Assembly: GCA_050950825.1 (NCBI GenBank)
Contig: JBMNIH010000009.1
Location: 192,001 to 256,000, forward strand
Direction of reading: 5' to 3'
Length of the DNA stretch: 64,000 nt
Source: Clostridia bacterium
Lineage (GTDB): Bacteria; Bacillota; Clostridia; JAAYHZ01
The notes beneath the pieces were generated by a model that worked only from the letters and a program-made list of their open reading frames with translations, did not search any database and was not told the DNA's origin. This document shows, one piece after another, positions 1 through 9,513 of this stretch. Positions within the stretch are counted from its first letter, which is position 1. Each line of letters opens with the position of its first letter. Both the position numbers and the translations under genes were made by a program.

Positions 1-2
1 AA

Positions 3-134
3 AAGCAAATTGTCAATATGCGTTTTTTCCAAGGGCGTACCCAAATGGAGGTGGCCAACGAAATCGGAATATCGCAAGCACAGGTATCCCGATTGGAAAA
101 AAATGCTCTGAACAGTATGCGAAAATACGTATAA
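3..134 (+). CDS. sigG: 3' end of sporulation sigma factor, most likely SigG (partial, truncated by window edge)
   Basis: Frame from nt 3 reads KQIVNMRFFQGRTQMEVANEIGISQAQVSRLEKNALNSMRKYV*, a sigma region 4 with the SigG-type TQMEVA..IGISQAQVSRLEK motif. Followed by a ylmC-like gene, as in the usual sigE-sigG-ylmC order. Confidence 0.9.
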   Translation, partial: KQIVNMRFFQGRTQMEVANEIGISQAQVSRLEKNALNSMRKYV

Positions 135-227
135 ATTATGACGAAAATTTGATTCTTTCGATTCTATTCCGGGCACTTTTCTCATATACATGAATGAGAC
201 CCTGTGATCTTTCGAGAGAATCCGATT

Positions 228-485
228 ATGATTAGAATATGGGATTTCAAACAAAAAGAAGTCGTCAATGTATCTAACGGCAAGAAGCTAGGTTATCCGA
301 AAGACATTGAGATTGATCCGGATACCGGTAAAGTTTCCACGGTCATCATTCCTTTAGGACGTTCCCTTACAAGCATTTGGGTTCAGGAAAAGGAATTGAT
401 TATCCCGTGGAATTATATTGTCAAAATCGGAGTTGATGTTATCTTGGTAGATATCGATGAAAAAACCGTTAATGAATGGGAATAG
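228..485 (+). CDS. YlmC/YmxH family PRC-barrel sporulation protein
   Basis: KQKEVVNVSNGKKLG...DIEID...IPW..IVKIG.DVILV is typical of the family. Start chosen at ATG 228 rather than GTG 204. Confidence 0.9.
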   Translation: MIRIWDFKQKEVVNVSNGKKLGYPKDIEIDPDTGKVSTVIIPLGRSLTSIWVQEKELIIPWNYIVKIGVDVILVDIDEKTVNEWE

Positions 486-501
486 CAATTTTCACCCCGT
501 A

Positions 502-530
502 TCATAAGACTTTCCCGGTCGGAATATATA
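502..530 (+). promoter_or_regulatory. Putative mother-cell (SigE-like) promoter
   Basis: TCATAAG...GAATATAT resembles SigE -35/-10 elements and lies upstream of a spore GH18 gene. Confidence 0.45.
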
Positions 531-557
531 TATACCGTAACATACATAAGAACAGGC

Positions 558-1697
558 GTGATTCCCATACTGGTCCATATTGTAAAACCCGACGAATCCT
601 TGTTTGATGTGTCAAGATGTTACGGAGTACCGGTTGAAAAGCTTTGCAGCGATAATTTCATAGAAAAACCCGAGGATTTGCTTGCCAACCAAGCCCTTAT
701 TGTCGATATTCCCGATGGGGAGCATCAAAAAATGTCGTCTTTTATTGAAACCTTCGGCTACGTATATCCTACGGTGAAGAAGGATGCTCTTGAAAGAGCT
801 TTAAAGGATTTGACTTATCTATGTATCTTCAGTTACGGAGTTAACATGGACGGTACCCCGGATATAATTGACGATGAACCGATTATCGAACAAGCTTTAA
901 AGGCGAATGTCGCACCCGTCATGGTGATAACCAACAAATATTTCAGCAGCTACGCAGCAAGAGAAATATTGAATAATAAGGATGCGCAAGATCGTTTAAT
1001 CAATCACGTTCTATTCACTTTAAAAACAAAGAATTATCGAGGTCTTAACATCGACTTTGAATACATATTTCCTCAAGACCGAATCGCATACAACGAATTT
1101 TTAGAAAAGGTTACCGCTCTTCTTTATCCCATGGGATTGAAGGTCTTTTCTTCTTTAGCTCCGAAGACCTCGGAGGAAAACAAAATTCTATACGAGGCTC
1201 ACGACTACCAAGTGCACGGTAAACTGTCCCGGAGAGTCTGTTTAATGACTTACGAGTGGGGATACACTTACGGACCTCCCATGGCGGTATCTCCCGTAGA
1301 TAAAGTAAGAAAGGTTCTCGATTATGCCTCTACAAGAATCTCTGCGGAAAAGACGGTAATCGGTATACCGAATTACGGTTACGAATGGCGTCTTCCTTGG
1401 GTCGAAGGAACGGCGGCGACGGCCGTCTCATACGAGAGTGCCATTCGAAACGCCATCGAAAACAAAGCCGAAATCCGATTTGATACTTGCGCCCAAGCAC
1501 CGTACTTCTACCGATACGGAAAAGATAACAAGTTGTATGTAACCTGGTTCGAGGATCCGAGAAGCATCCGGGCCAAATTGGATTTGGTAGAAAAATACAA
1601 AATCGCAGGAGTGAGTTTTTGGATATCCGGTAATCGATTTTGCCTTATTCGGACCTTGATTTCTTCCATGTACAATATATTGAAAGTGCTCGAATGA
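558..1697 (+). CDS. LysM + GH18 spore cortex-lytic/germination protein (YaaH/YdhD-like)
   Basis: N-terminal LysM-like HIVKPDESL..V...YGV, GH18 motif GLNIDFEY, and MTYEWGYTYGPPMAVSP. Confidence 0.9.
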   Translation: MIPILVHIVKPDESLFDVSRCYGVPVEKLCSDNFIEKPEDLLANQALIVDIPDGEHQKMSSFIETFGYVYPTVKKDALERALKDLTYLCIFSYGVNMDGTPDIIDDEPIIEQALKANVAPVMVITNKYFSSYAAREILNNKDAQDRLINHVLFTLKTKNYRGLNIDFEYIFPQDRIAYNEFLEKVTALLYPMGLKVFSSLAPKTSEENKILYEAHDYQVHGKLSRRVCLMTYEWGYTYGPPMAVSPVDKVRKVLDYASTRISAEKTVIGIPNYGYEWRLPWVEGTAATAVSYESAIRNAIENKAEIRFDTCAQAPYFYRYGKDNKLYVTWFEDPRSIRAKLDLVEKYKIAGVSFWISGNRFCLIRTLISSMYNILKVLE

Positions 1698-1727
1698 TGA
1701 TATAATGTATACAACTCTAGGTTTATG

Positions 1728-1756
1728 TTGACAAAAGGTTGGACATAACATATTAT
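1728..1756 (+). promoter_or_regulatory. SigA promoter of nrdR
   Basis: TTGACA-17 nt-TATTAT. Confidence 0.65.
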
Positions 1757-1821
1757 TGAAATGTTAGTTTATATGAAACCTACCTAAACATAAGGCAATA
1801 GAAAAAGGAGATTACATAGCA

Positions 1822-2304
1822 ATGAAGTGTCCGTTTTGTGGATTTACCGAGGATAAAGTCATTGATTCGCGACCGACGGAAGAAAACGAGGCCATTCGAA
1901 GAAGGCGAGAGTGCAACGCTTGCAAAAAGCGCTTCACTACCTATGAGAAAATTGAGAAGATTCCGGTGATGGTGATTAAAAAGGATAAAACCGTAGAAGC
2001 TTTTGACCGCAACAAATTGATCAACGGAATGCTGAAAGCATGCGAAAAAAGGCCTGTAAATATCGTGAAAATCGAAAAGATCGCCAACGAAATCGAAAGC
2101 AAAATTCACAATTCTTTAAAAAGCGAGGTTTCTTCCACCGATATCGGCGAGATGGTTATGGAGAAGTTAAAGGATTTGGATGAAGTAGCTTATGTGCGGT
2201 TTGCTTCGGTTTATCGGCAGTTTAAAGATGTGAACACTTTCATGGAAGAGATTAAGAATCTGAAAAAAGAAGGTGTCGTAAAAAGCAAAGAGGTTAAAAA
2301 ATAA
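1822..2304 (+). CDS. nrdR: Transcriptional repressor NrdR
   Basis: MKCPFCG zinc ribbon, RRRREC..C.KRFTTYE, ATP-cone, [13 protein letters not shown]; AAGGAG RBS. Confidence 0.98.
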   Translation: MKCPFCGFTEDKVIDSRPTEENEAIRRRRECNACKKRFTTYEKIEKIPVMVIKKDKTVEAFDRNKLINGMLKACEKRPVNIVKIEKIANEIESKIHNSLKSEVSSTDIGEMVMEKLKDLDEVAYVRFASVYRQFKDVNTFMEEIKNLKKEGVVKSKEVKK

Positions 2305-2314
2305 ATGTGGAATT

Positions 2315-2341
2315 GAAAAGGGGTGATCGGCACCCCTTTTC
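2315..2341. terminator. Bidirectional intrinsic terminator
   Basis: GAAAAGGGGTG-atcgg-CACCCCTTTTC inverted repeat between nrdR and the convergent minus-strand micropeptide genes. Confidence 0.8.
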
Positions 2342-2387
2342 TTACGATGTTTTTCGTCGAAAGTCCATTATTAAAGGATATCGCTTT

Positions 2388-2489
2388 TTAGTCGCAGCAA
2401 CGTCCGTATCCGGAGAACAGGCACAAGAATACCAAAATGAAGAACAATACGGTACAATCGCCTCCAAACAAATTCATCCCTTTACTCAT
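2388..2489 (-). CDS. 33-aa hydrophobic Cys-rich micropeptide (not in ORF track)
   Basis: MSKGMNLFGGDCTVLFFILVFLCLFSGYGRCCD*, with strong RBS AAAGGAGG; paralog of the neighbouring 39-aa ORF. Confidence 0.8.
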   Translation of the reverse strand: MSKGMNLFGGDCTVLFFILVFLCLFSGYGRCCD

Positions 2490-2526
2490 AATGTAATCCT
2501 CCTTTCACAGATTTGATAACGTTTCA

Positions 2527-2646
2527 TTAACCACAGCAAGTCGAAGCTCCGGCAACTCCGTATTGGCCGTCGGATGCGAACAACAAGAGGAATAAAATAA
2601 TGAAGAACAGTATCGCGCAATTATCTTTTCCGAAGAGACCTCCCAT
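2527..2646 (-). CDS. 39-aa hydrophobic Cys-rich micropeptide (not in ORF track)
   Basis: MGGLFGKDNCAILFFIILFLLLFASDGQYGVAGASTCCG*, with RBS GGGAGGT. Confidence 0.8.
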   Translation of the reverse strand: MGGLFGKDNCAILFFIILFLLLFASDGQYGVAGASTCCG

Positions 2647-2825
2647 AATTAAGTACCTCCCTTTCTTGGTTTACTACATGTTATTCAGGATTATGTAAAT
2701 ATGTTACTGTCGAGTTTTCATACTTTTCATCAAAGAGCGTCACTTTTTGGAAATATGCTTTTACAGAAAGGCAAATTTATGCTATGATGTGATTGATATC
2801 CTGTCTATATATGAGGTGTGACAAA

Positions 2826-3656
2826 ATGTATAACGATTATTATGAAATTTCATTTAAAAAGATACTCAAGTGGATCCTTGCGATTATCATACTCGTGATT
2901 TTGCTATCTCCCGTAGCCGTTATTACGTATTTGAATGTCAATACACCGGTTTTCTCATATAAGTACATAAGCACCCAGAACTTGATGCAGCAGTTGACAA
3001 GCAATGTCGAATTCAATTCGGCGACAAAAGGTATCACCGTCCGAGTGACATCCGATATGATCAACTCTTACATAGATGATGAAATTAAGAAAATGGATTT
3101 GGGACTGCCTGAAAAAATAGAAATTTTAGATGTTCATGTCGACACACAACAAGGAAGAGCCTTTGTGAATTTAAAGGCTTATTTTCTGAAGTTACCTATT
3201 TCTGCAGCCATAACGCTGAAGCAAACCGATACTACCGTCACAATCTCATTCTCAGGCTTCAAATTAGCCGACCTACCTCTAAAACAAGAATGGGTGGATA
3301 AATTCTTAAAAGGACAAAAATTAACATACTCCATGAGATTAAGCGAACTGGACGTGGTACCGTACTTTAAAATCAAGTCCATCAACTGGAAAGCAAACGG
3401 TATTGATGTGTTTTATGAAGTGGATTACCAACAGATTTACAACCAGTTAAGAAGACGTCCCGACCGTATAGCTGCCGAGCTGACGCAAATCATTGAGAAA
3501 AACCAAGCTCTTGCACCGATGTTGGATTTGGTAACGTATTTGGCGAATACCGATGAACTGACCTTAAATGAAATCAAATACTATTTGGATATGTTGTTGG
3601 AAAACCAACAGGTAGCCGATGCGCTGATCGACATGGTAAAAAGCGGACAATTATAG
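2826..3656 (+). CDS. Hypothetical membrane-anchored protein
   Basis: Long ORF with a single N-terminal hydrophobic segment (WILAIIILVILLSPVAVI); GAGGTG RBS before ATG 2826. Confidence 0.75.
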   Translation: MYNDYYEISFKKILKWILAIIILVILLSPVAVITYLNVNTPVFSYKYISTQNLMQQLTSNVEFNSATKGITVRVTSDMINSYIDDEIKKMDLGLPEKIEILDVHVDTQQGRAFVNLKAYFLKLPISAAITLKQTDTTVTISFSGFKLADLPLKQEWVDKFLKGQKLTYSMRLSELDVVPYFKIKSINWKANGIDVFYEVDYQQIYNQLRRRPDRIAAELTQIIEKNQALAPMLDLVTYLANTDELTLNEIKYYLDMLLENQQVADALIDMVKSGQL

Positions 3657-3674
3657 AAAATGAAAAATAGGACA

Positions 3675-3726
3675 GAATAATTGTTCGAATAAACCTCTTT
3701 ACAATGAACTTATGTTCTGTTATAAT
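3675..3726 (+). promoter_or_regulatory. SigA promoter with LexA/DinR (Cheo) boxes
   Basis: TTTACA (3698-3703)-17 nt-TATAAT (3721-3726). Perfect GAAC-TTAT-GTTC at 3706-3717 inside the spacer; second box GAAT-AATT-GTTC at 3675-3686. Confidence 0.85.
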
Positions 3727-3764
3727 GAGAACGGAACGAATGATTTGTAAAGGCGGTGAGCTAT

Positions 3765-4028
3765 TTGAAAGTGCTGATGAAACCCGTGGACATGATTTCA
3801 TACAATAGCACGAACGGCGATTTACAACCCATTAAGTACCGATTATCCGATGAAAACGGAATGACGAAAATCATAAAAATCGACAGGATCATACAAACCA
3901 CCGAAGAAAAGCTTTCGGGAAATCGTATGATCATATTTCGCGTCCAAAGCATCATTAACGGTTTGGAACGAGTGTACGAACTGAAGTACGAACCGGCCAC
4001 TTGCAAGTGGTATATATACAAAATGTAA
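3765..4028 (+). CDS. Small hypothetical protein, probably SOS-regulated
   Basis: ORF (L/M)KVLMKPVDMI...YELKYEPATCKWYIYKM; AGGCGGTG RBS before TTG 3765; lies directly downstream of the SOS promoter. Confidence 0.75.
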   Translation: MKVLMKPVDMISYNSTNGDLQPIKYRLSDENGMTKIIKIDRIIQTTEEKLSGNRMIIFRVQSIINGLERVYELKYEPATCKWYIYKM

Positions 4029-4106
4029 GGCGACTGAACACCGGCATGGTTCAAACAAAATGCCGGTGTGCACAAACCTTGTTTTTACAAAGGAGAAGCG
4101 AATGGA

Positions 4107-5174
4107 ATGAACGATCAGGTATACTGGGTTTGGTTCAGTATGCTGAACCGTATTTCCCCCCAAATGAAAATTTCTTTGATAAGACAATACGAAAATCCAT
4201 ATAACCTATGGACTTTTTTTAAGAAAGAACACAATCCCGCCGATATCTCTCCCGGAGCCTACCGGGACCTTGTATCGGATGAATTGAAAAAGAAATCCTA
4301 TCGAACGCTGAAACGAACATTGGACTTAGGTATCGGCATCATTTCTTATAACGACAAAGATTATCCTCCCTTGTTAAAACAAATACCGGATCCACCTGTG
4401 GTATTGTATTTTCTGGGTAATAAAGCGTATTTAAAAAATTGCTTTGCCATTGTAGGATCCAGAAAAGCCACGATATACGGCAAGAACAGCGCCATGGAAA
4501 TCGCATCCTATTTGGCGGAGCAAGGCATTGTCATTGCAAGCGGACTGGCCAAAGGAATCGACACCTATGCCCACAAAGGCGCTTTAAAAGCCGGAGGGAA
4601 AACCGTGGCGGTACTGGCCTCCGGAGTAAACGTGGTTTATCCGTATGAAAACAAAGCTTTATACAGCGAAATCATCGATCAAGGTACGGTCTTGTCGGAG
4701 CATCCTGTGGACACACAGCCCCTTCCTTATTATTTTCCTTTGCGAAATCGAATTGTCAGCGGCCTTTCGAAAGGAATCTTGGTTATTGAAGCGGGGGAAA
4801 AAAGCGGAACCTTAATTACCGTGGACTACGCTTTAGCCCAAGGTCGCGAAGTGTTTGCATTGCCCGGGAATGTTACAAGCAGCCAAAGCAAAGGAACCAA
4901 CCGATTGATTTATCACGGAGCTACACCGGCAATTGATCCCGAAGATATACTTCGATTGTATCGTTGGGATGTAAAAAATAGAACAATCGTACCCACGGAT
5001 ATGGACGAATCGGAAAAAATAATATATGATTTGGTTTACCAAGGAATATCCGATTTTGAATCCATTTCCGAAAAAGCGGGATTTGATAGGAAAGAAGCGT
5101 TGGCCGTTCTTCTATCACTGGAGTTAAAGCTCTATGTAAAAAGAAGAGAGGACGGAGGATATATTCCTTTTTAA
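4107..5174 (+). CDS. dprA: DNA-processing protein DprA
   Basis: YPPLLKQIPDPP, AIVGSR, SGLAKGID..AH.GAL, FPLRNRIVSGLS, EAGEKSGTLIT; immediately upstream of topA. Confidence 0.97.
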   Translation: MNDQVYWVWFSMLNRISPQMKISLIRQYENPYNLWTFFKKEHNPADISPGAYRDLVSDELKKKSYRTLKRTLDLGIGIISYNDKDYPPLLKQIPDPPVVLYFLGNKAYLKNCFAIVGSRKATIYGKNSAMEIASYLAEQGIVIASGLAKGIDTYAHKGALKAGGKTVAVLASGVNVVYPYENKALYSEIIDQGTVLSEHPVDTQPLPYYFPLRNRIVSGLSKGILVIEAGEKSGTLITVDYALAQGREVFALPGNVTSSQSKGTNRLIYHGATPAIDPEDILRLYRWDVKNRTIVPTDMDESEKIIYDLVYQGISDFESISEKAGFDRKEALAVLLSLELKLYVKRREDGGYIPF

Positions 5175-5345
5175 TTTTGACCGGATACATGAGAACATAT
5201 GTGGATTTTATAATAAATTACCGGTATTATGTTGATTGTTAAGGTTTTTGATGTATAATGAAATGACTTTTGTATTACAATGTTGTTTAATGAATATACA
5301 TATGAATGATTTCGATTCTTCGAATGAATGTACGGGGAGGAAAGA

Positions 5346-7454
5346 ATGGCGAAAAACCTAGTTATTGTGGAATCTGCATCCAAAGCTGCAACCATAAAAA
5401 AATACTTGGGCAAAAATTACAAGGTAGTTGCATCTGTGGGGCACGTAAGGGATCTTCCGAAAAGCCAAATGGGGATCGACCTTGAAAACGATTATCAACC
5501 GAAATATATCACCATCAGGGGGAAAGGCGAAATAATCGCAAAATTGAAAAAGGAAGCGAAGGGTATGGACAAAATTTATTTGGCTACCGACCCTGATCGT
5601 GAAGGAGAAGCCATAGCATGGCATTTGGCCTATATATTAAACATCGATCCTGACGAGAAAGCAAGAATCACATTTAATGAAATCACCAAAAGCGCCATTG
5701 AGAATTCGTTGAAAAAACCCAGAAGTATCGATCTTGATTTGGTAAATGCACAGCAAACCCGAAGATTTATCGATAGAATTGTGGGATACAGCATAAGCCC
5801 GATCCTGTGGAAGAAAGTAAAAAAAGGATTATCGGCAGGTAGGGTTCAATCGGTTGCCGTACGAATGATATGCGACCGAGAGAAAGAAATAAATGATTTT
5901 GTACAAGAAGAATACTGGACATTGGACATGAAGGGCCGTGTTGCGGGAACGGATAGCGTATTTGAAGCCGCTTTTTACGGCCGCGACAATGAAAAAATCG
6001 AGCTTTCAACCGGGGAGCAAACCGATAAAATTATTGAACAATTGAAAAAAAGCGAATTTACCATCACTTCCGTCAAGAAAGGTACGAGATCTCGCAGTCC
6101 GGCGGCGCCATTTACTACCAGTACGCTGCAACAGGACGCTGCTCGTAAGCTGTCTTTTTCAACGAAAAAGACCATGATGTTGGCACAGCAGCTTTATGAA
6201 GGCGTCGAGATTAAAGGTCTGGGGAGCACCGGTTTGATTACATATATCCGAACCGATTCCAGACGGATTTCCACCGAGGCTGCAGAAGCGGCAAAACAAT
6301 ATATTGCGAAAGAATACGGAGAAAAATATTTACCCGATTCTCCCAGAGTATATAAAAACAAATCTTCGGCCCAGGACGCGCATGAAGCCATACGACCTGC
6401 TCATCTGGACCTTCCTCCGGAAACGGTAAAAGATTCTTTGTCTAGAGATCAGTACAGGCTGTACAAGTTGATTTGGGATCGATTTATCGCAAGCCAAATG
6501 GCTAATGCCGAATACGACACGATTCGGGCGGAAATCACCGATTCCCAAGGTTATGTTTTCAAAGCCGGCGGTTTGAAAACCGTTTTCAAGGGATTTATGA
6601 AGATTTATACCGAAAGCCGTGACGAGGAGGATGAAGAGGAAAAAGAGTCCGAACTGCCGCAGTTGAACGAAGGGGATAAGGTAGAGATCGTGGAATTGAT
6701 TCCGAAACAGAACTTTACCCAGCCGCCTCCTCGATACAACGAGGCTTCCTTGGTAAAGGCGTTAGAAGAAAAAGGGATCGGTCGACCCAGTACGTATGCT
6801 CCTACCATCTCCACGATTATTTCTCGGGGATATGTGGCAAAAGAGAATCGCATTTTGTATCCTACGGATTTAGGGAAAATCGTGAATGAAATTATGACCA
6901 AATATTTCCCCGAGATCGTGGATTTGACATTCACGGCCTCGTTGGAAGAACGTATGGACGATATCGAAGAAGGAAAAGTATATTGGAAATCCGTCGTGGA
7001 TGATTTTTATAAACCTTTTTCCGTGGTTTTGGAGAACGCGCAACAGAAAATCGATAAGGTCGAGGTTCCGGAAGAAGTCAGCGATGTTGTGTGTGAAAAA
7101 TGCGGACGAAATATGGTAGTAAAGCTTGCGAAAACCGGTAAGTTTTTAGCATGTCCCGGATTTCCGGAATGTCGAAATACAAAACCGATCATTGTTAAGA
7201 CCGGCGTTTCTTGCCCGAAATGCGGCGGTGAAATTATCGAGAAAAAATCGAAAAAAGGAAGAACCTATTACGGGTGTGAGAATCATCCGGATTGCGATTT
7301 CTTCCTCTTTGATAAACCCATAAAAGAAAGATGCCCGAAGTGCGGCGATCTGTTGATACGAAGATATTCGAATATAAAATGCTCGAATCCGGAATGCGAC
7401 TACTTACGTAAAGCGGATAAAGAAAAGGATACCGATACGGATAACGAAGAATAA
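5346..7454 (+). CDS. topA: DNA topoisomerase I
   Basis: LVIVES, ASVGHVRDL, ATDPDREGE, SAGRVQS, ITYIRTDS active site, GIGRPSTY, C-terminal C4 zinc ribbons. Confidence 0.99.
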   Translation: MAKNLVIVESASKAATIKKYLGKNYKVVASVGHVRDLPKSQMGIDLENDYQPKYITIRGKGEIIAKLKKEAKGMDKIYLATDPDREGEAIAWHLAYILNIDPDEKARITFNEITKSAIENSLKKPRSIDLDLVNAQQTRRFIDRIVGYSISPILWKKVKKGLSAGRVQSVAVRMICDREKEINDFVQEEYWTLDMKGRVAGTDSVFEAAFYGRDNEKIELSTGEQTDKIIEQLKKSEFTITSVKKGTRSRSPAAPFTTSTLQQDAARKLSFSTKKTMMLAQQLYEGVEIKGLGSTGLITYIRTDSRRISTEAAEAAKQYIAKEYGEKYLPDSPRVYKNKSSAQDAHEAIRPAHLDLPPETVKDSLSRDQYRLYKLIWDRFIASQMANAEYDTIRAEITDSQGYVFKAGGLKTVFKGFMKIYTESRDEEDEEEKESELPQLNEGDKVEIVELIPKQNFTQPPPRYNEASLVKALEEKGIGRPSTYAPTISTIISRGYVAKENRILYPTDLGKIVNEIMTKYFPEIVDLTFTASLEERMDDIEEGKVYWKSVVDDFYKPFSVVLENAQQKIDKVEVPEEVSDVVCEKCGRNMVVKLAKTGKFLACPGFPECRNTKPIIVKTGVSCPKCGGEIIEKKSKKGRTYYGCENHPDCDFFLFDKPIKERCPKCGDLLIRRYSNIKCSNPECDYLRKADKEKDTDTDNEE

Positions 7455-7455
7455 G

Positions 7456-9513
7456 GTGATAGGATTGGCAGGCGAAACGCTTCTAAAATCGAATATCGGC
7501 ACCCTAAAAGGTGTAGGGAAGGTTCGCGTCGAATTGTTCAGAAAGTTAGGAATCGATACCGTCGAGGATTTGTTGTACCACTTTCCAAGGCGTTATGAAG
7601 ATCGGGGAAACATAATGAAAATTGCCGAGATTGTCCCCGAGGAATCTTGTTCGGTTTTAGGAACGGTTACGTATCCGCCTGTCAATATTCGTTCCCAAAG
7701 AGGTGTCCGATTGACGCGATCCTTGGTAAAAGACGGAACGGGGACATTGGAGATCGTATGGTTTAACCAACCCTACATCACTTCAAAATTGGCTTTAGGC
7801 AAGCAATATATTTTTTACGGTAAAGCGAAAAAAACATCCCGTATGCAAATGATAAATCCGACTATTATTCAATTGGAGGATATGGATAAAGAATGCGTGT
7901 TGGTGCCGGTATACCCGACCGTAGCCGGTTTAACGCAAGCCGTAATAAGGCAAACCATTCGACAAGCCTTGGATATGCTGAAGGATATTGAAGATCCTCT
8001 TCCCGAATCCGTCTTGCGTAAGTATCGCTTGGCGGATTTCGGAGAATCCATCCGTCATGTCCATTACCCGAAAGATATGGAATCGTTGGAAAAGGCCCGT
8101 CGTCGTTGTGTTTTCCAAGAGCTTTTGGAATTTCAATTGGCCCTTTTATCCATGCGGAAGCAAGACAACGAGGCTGCCGGAATTATGTTTAATAAAAGCA
8201 CCTTGACGGATTCATTTATTAAAAGCTTACCCTTTGAACTGACCGACGCTCAGCACCGGGTTTTTAACGAAATATATACCGATATGACCCTTCCGAAAAC
8301 CATGAACCGTTTGGTTCAAGGAGACGTAGGGTCGGGGAAAACGGTGGTTGCGGTTTTAGCCATGTTGGTAGCCGCCGAAAGCGGATACCAATCGGCAATG
8401 ATGGCTCCAACGGAAATATTGGCACAGCAGCACTTTAACACCGTATCCCGCCTTTTGGAAGGTTTTCCTTTCCGCGTCGCTCTTTTGACCGGCAGCACTA
8501 CGGCAAAAAACGCAAAAGAAATATTGTCCGGATTGGCAAACGGAGATATACATATTATAATCGGAACTCATGCTTTGATCGAGGAACGGGTCCAATATCA
8601 TAATCTGGGCTTGGTGATTACCGACGAACAGCATCGATTCGGTGTCAAGCAAAGAGCTCTCCTGTCTCGGAAGGGAAACAACCCGGACATGCTGGTTATG
8701 ACGGCAACACCGATACCGCGTACGCTGGCCATGATTTTGTACGGAGATTTGGATATTTCCATCATCGATGAAATGCCTCCCGGAAGAATAAAGGTAAAAA
8801 CCTATGTGGTCACGGAAGACTACAGAGAAAGAATCGATCGGTTTATTCTAAAAGAAGTGGGCGAAGGAAGGCAAGTGTACATCATTTGTCCTTTGGTGGA
8901 AGATTCCGAAATGATCGATGCTTACTCGGCCGTAAAAACGGCGGAAGAAGCGGCTGCCAAATTCAAAGACTGTAGGGTGGGTATCATTCACGGCAAAATG
9001 AAACCGGCGGAAAAAGAAGAGGTCATGAAAAGCTTTGCCGAAGGCAGCATCGATATTTTGGTTTCCACTACTGTCGTGGAGGTAGGGGTGGACGTACCTA
9101 ATGCTTCCTTAATGGTAGTCGAAAACGCCGAACGCTTCGGATTAGCTCAGCTGCACCAGCTTCGAGGCAGGGTAGGAAGAGGAAAAAATCAATCCTATTG
9201 TATTTTATTTAACCAAGGAAGCTCGGAGGTCTCAAAAGAACGCTTGGAAATCATGACGAAATCTACGGACGGTTTTTACATATCGGAACAGGATTTGAAG
9301 TTAAGAGGTCCGGGTGAATTTTTCGGTACGCGTCAGCACGGTTTGCCCGAGTTGAAAATTGCCAATTTGTATACCGATATGAACATATTAAAAGAAGCCC
9401 AAGAATGCTCGGAAAGAATATACCGATACGGATATTTGGAAAAAGAAGAATACTCTCGCTTAAAAGATAGGGTTTATCATTTCTACAATTTGAATTTCGG
9501 AGGATTGTTATGA
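7456..9513 (+). CDS. recG: ATP-dependent DNA helicase RecG
   Basis: QGDVGSGKT, DEQHRFG, MTATPIPRTL, QLHQLRGRVGRG, DLKLRGPGEFFG. Confidence 0.98.
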   Translation: MIGLAGETLLKSNIGTLKGVGKVRVELFRKLGIDTVEDLLYHFPRRYEDRGNIMKIAEIVPEESCSVLGTVTYPPVNIRSQRGVRLTRSLVKDGTGTLEIVWFNQPYITSKLALGKQYIFYGKAKKTSRMQMINPTIIQLEDMDKECVLVPVYPTVAGLTQAVIRQTIRQALDMLKDIEDPLPESVLRKYRLADFGESIRHVHYPKDMESLEKARRRCVFQELLEFQLALLSMRKQDNEAAGIMFNKSTLTDSFIKSLPFELTDAQHRVFNEIYTDMTLPKTMNRLVQGDVGSGKTVVAVLAMLVAAESGYQSAMMAPTEILAQQHFNTVSRLLEGFPFRVALLTGSTTAKNAKEILSGLANGDIHIIIGTHALIEERVQYHNLGLVITDEQHRFGVKQRALLSRKGNNPDMLVMTATPIPRTLAMILYGDLDISIIDEMPPGRIKVKTYVVTEDYRERIDRFILKEVGEGRQVYIICPLVEDSEMIDAYSAVKTAEEAAAKFKDCRVGIIHGKMKPAEKEEVMKSFAEGSIDILVSTTVVEVGVDVPNASLMVVENAERFGLAQLHQLRGRVGRGKNQSYCILFNQGSSEVSKERLEIMTKSTDGFYISEQDLKLRGPGEFFGTRQHGLPELKIANLYTDMNILKEAQECSERIYRYGYLEKEEYSRLKDRVYHFYNLNFGGLL

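Noticed and set aside
2307-2516. 69-aa + strand ORF in the track
   Set aside because: It runs through the nrdR terminator and is the antisense shadow of a minus-strand micropeptide gene that has a much better RBS and a paralog.
5193-5204. GAACATATGTGG upstream of topA as an SOS box
   Set aside because: The right half has two mismatches to GTTC; not convincing.
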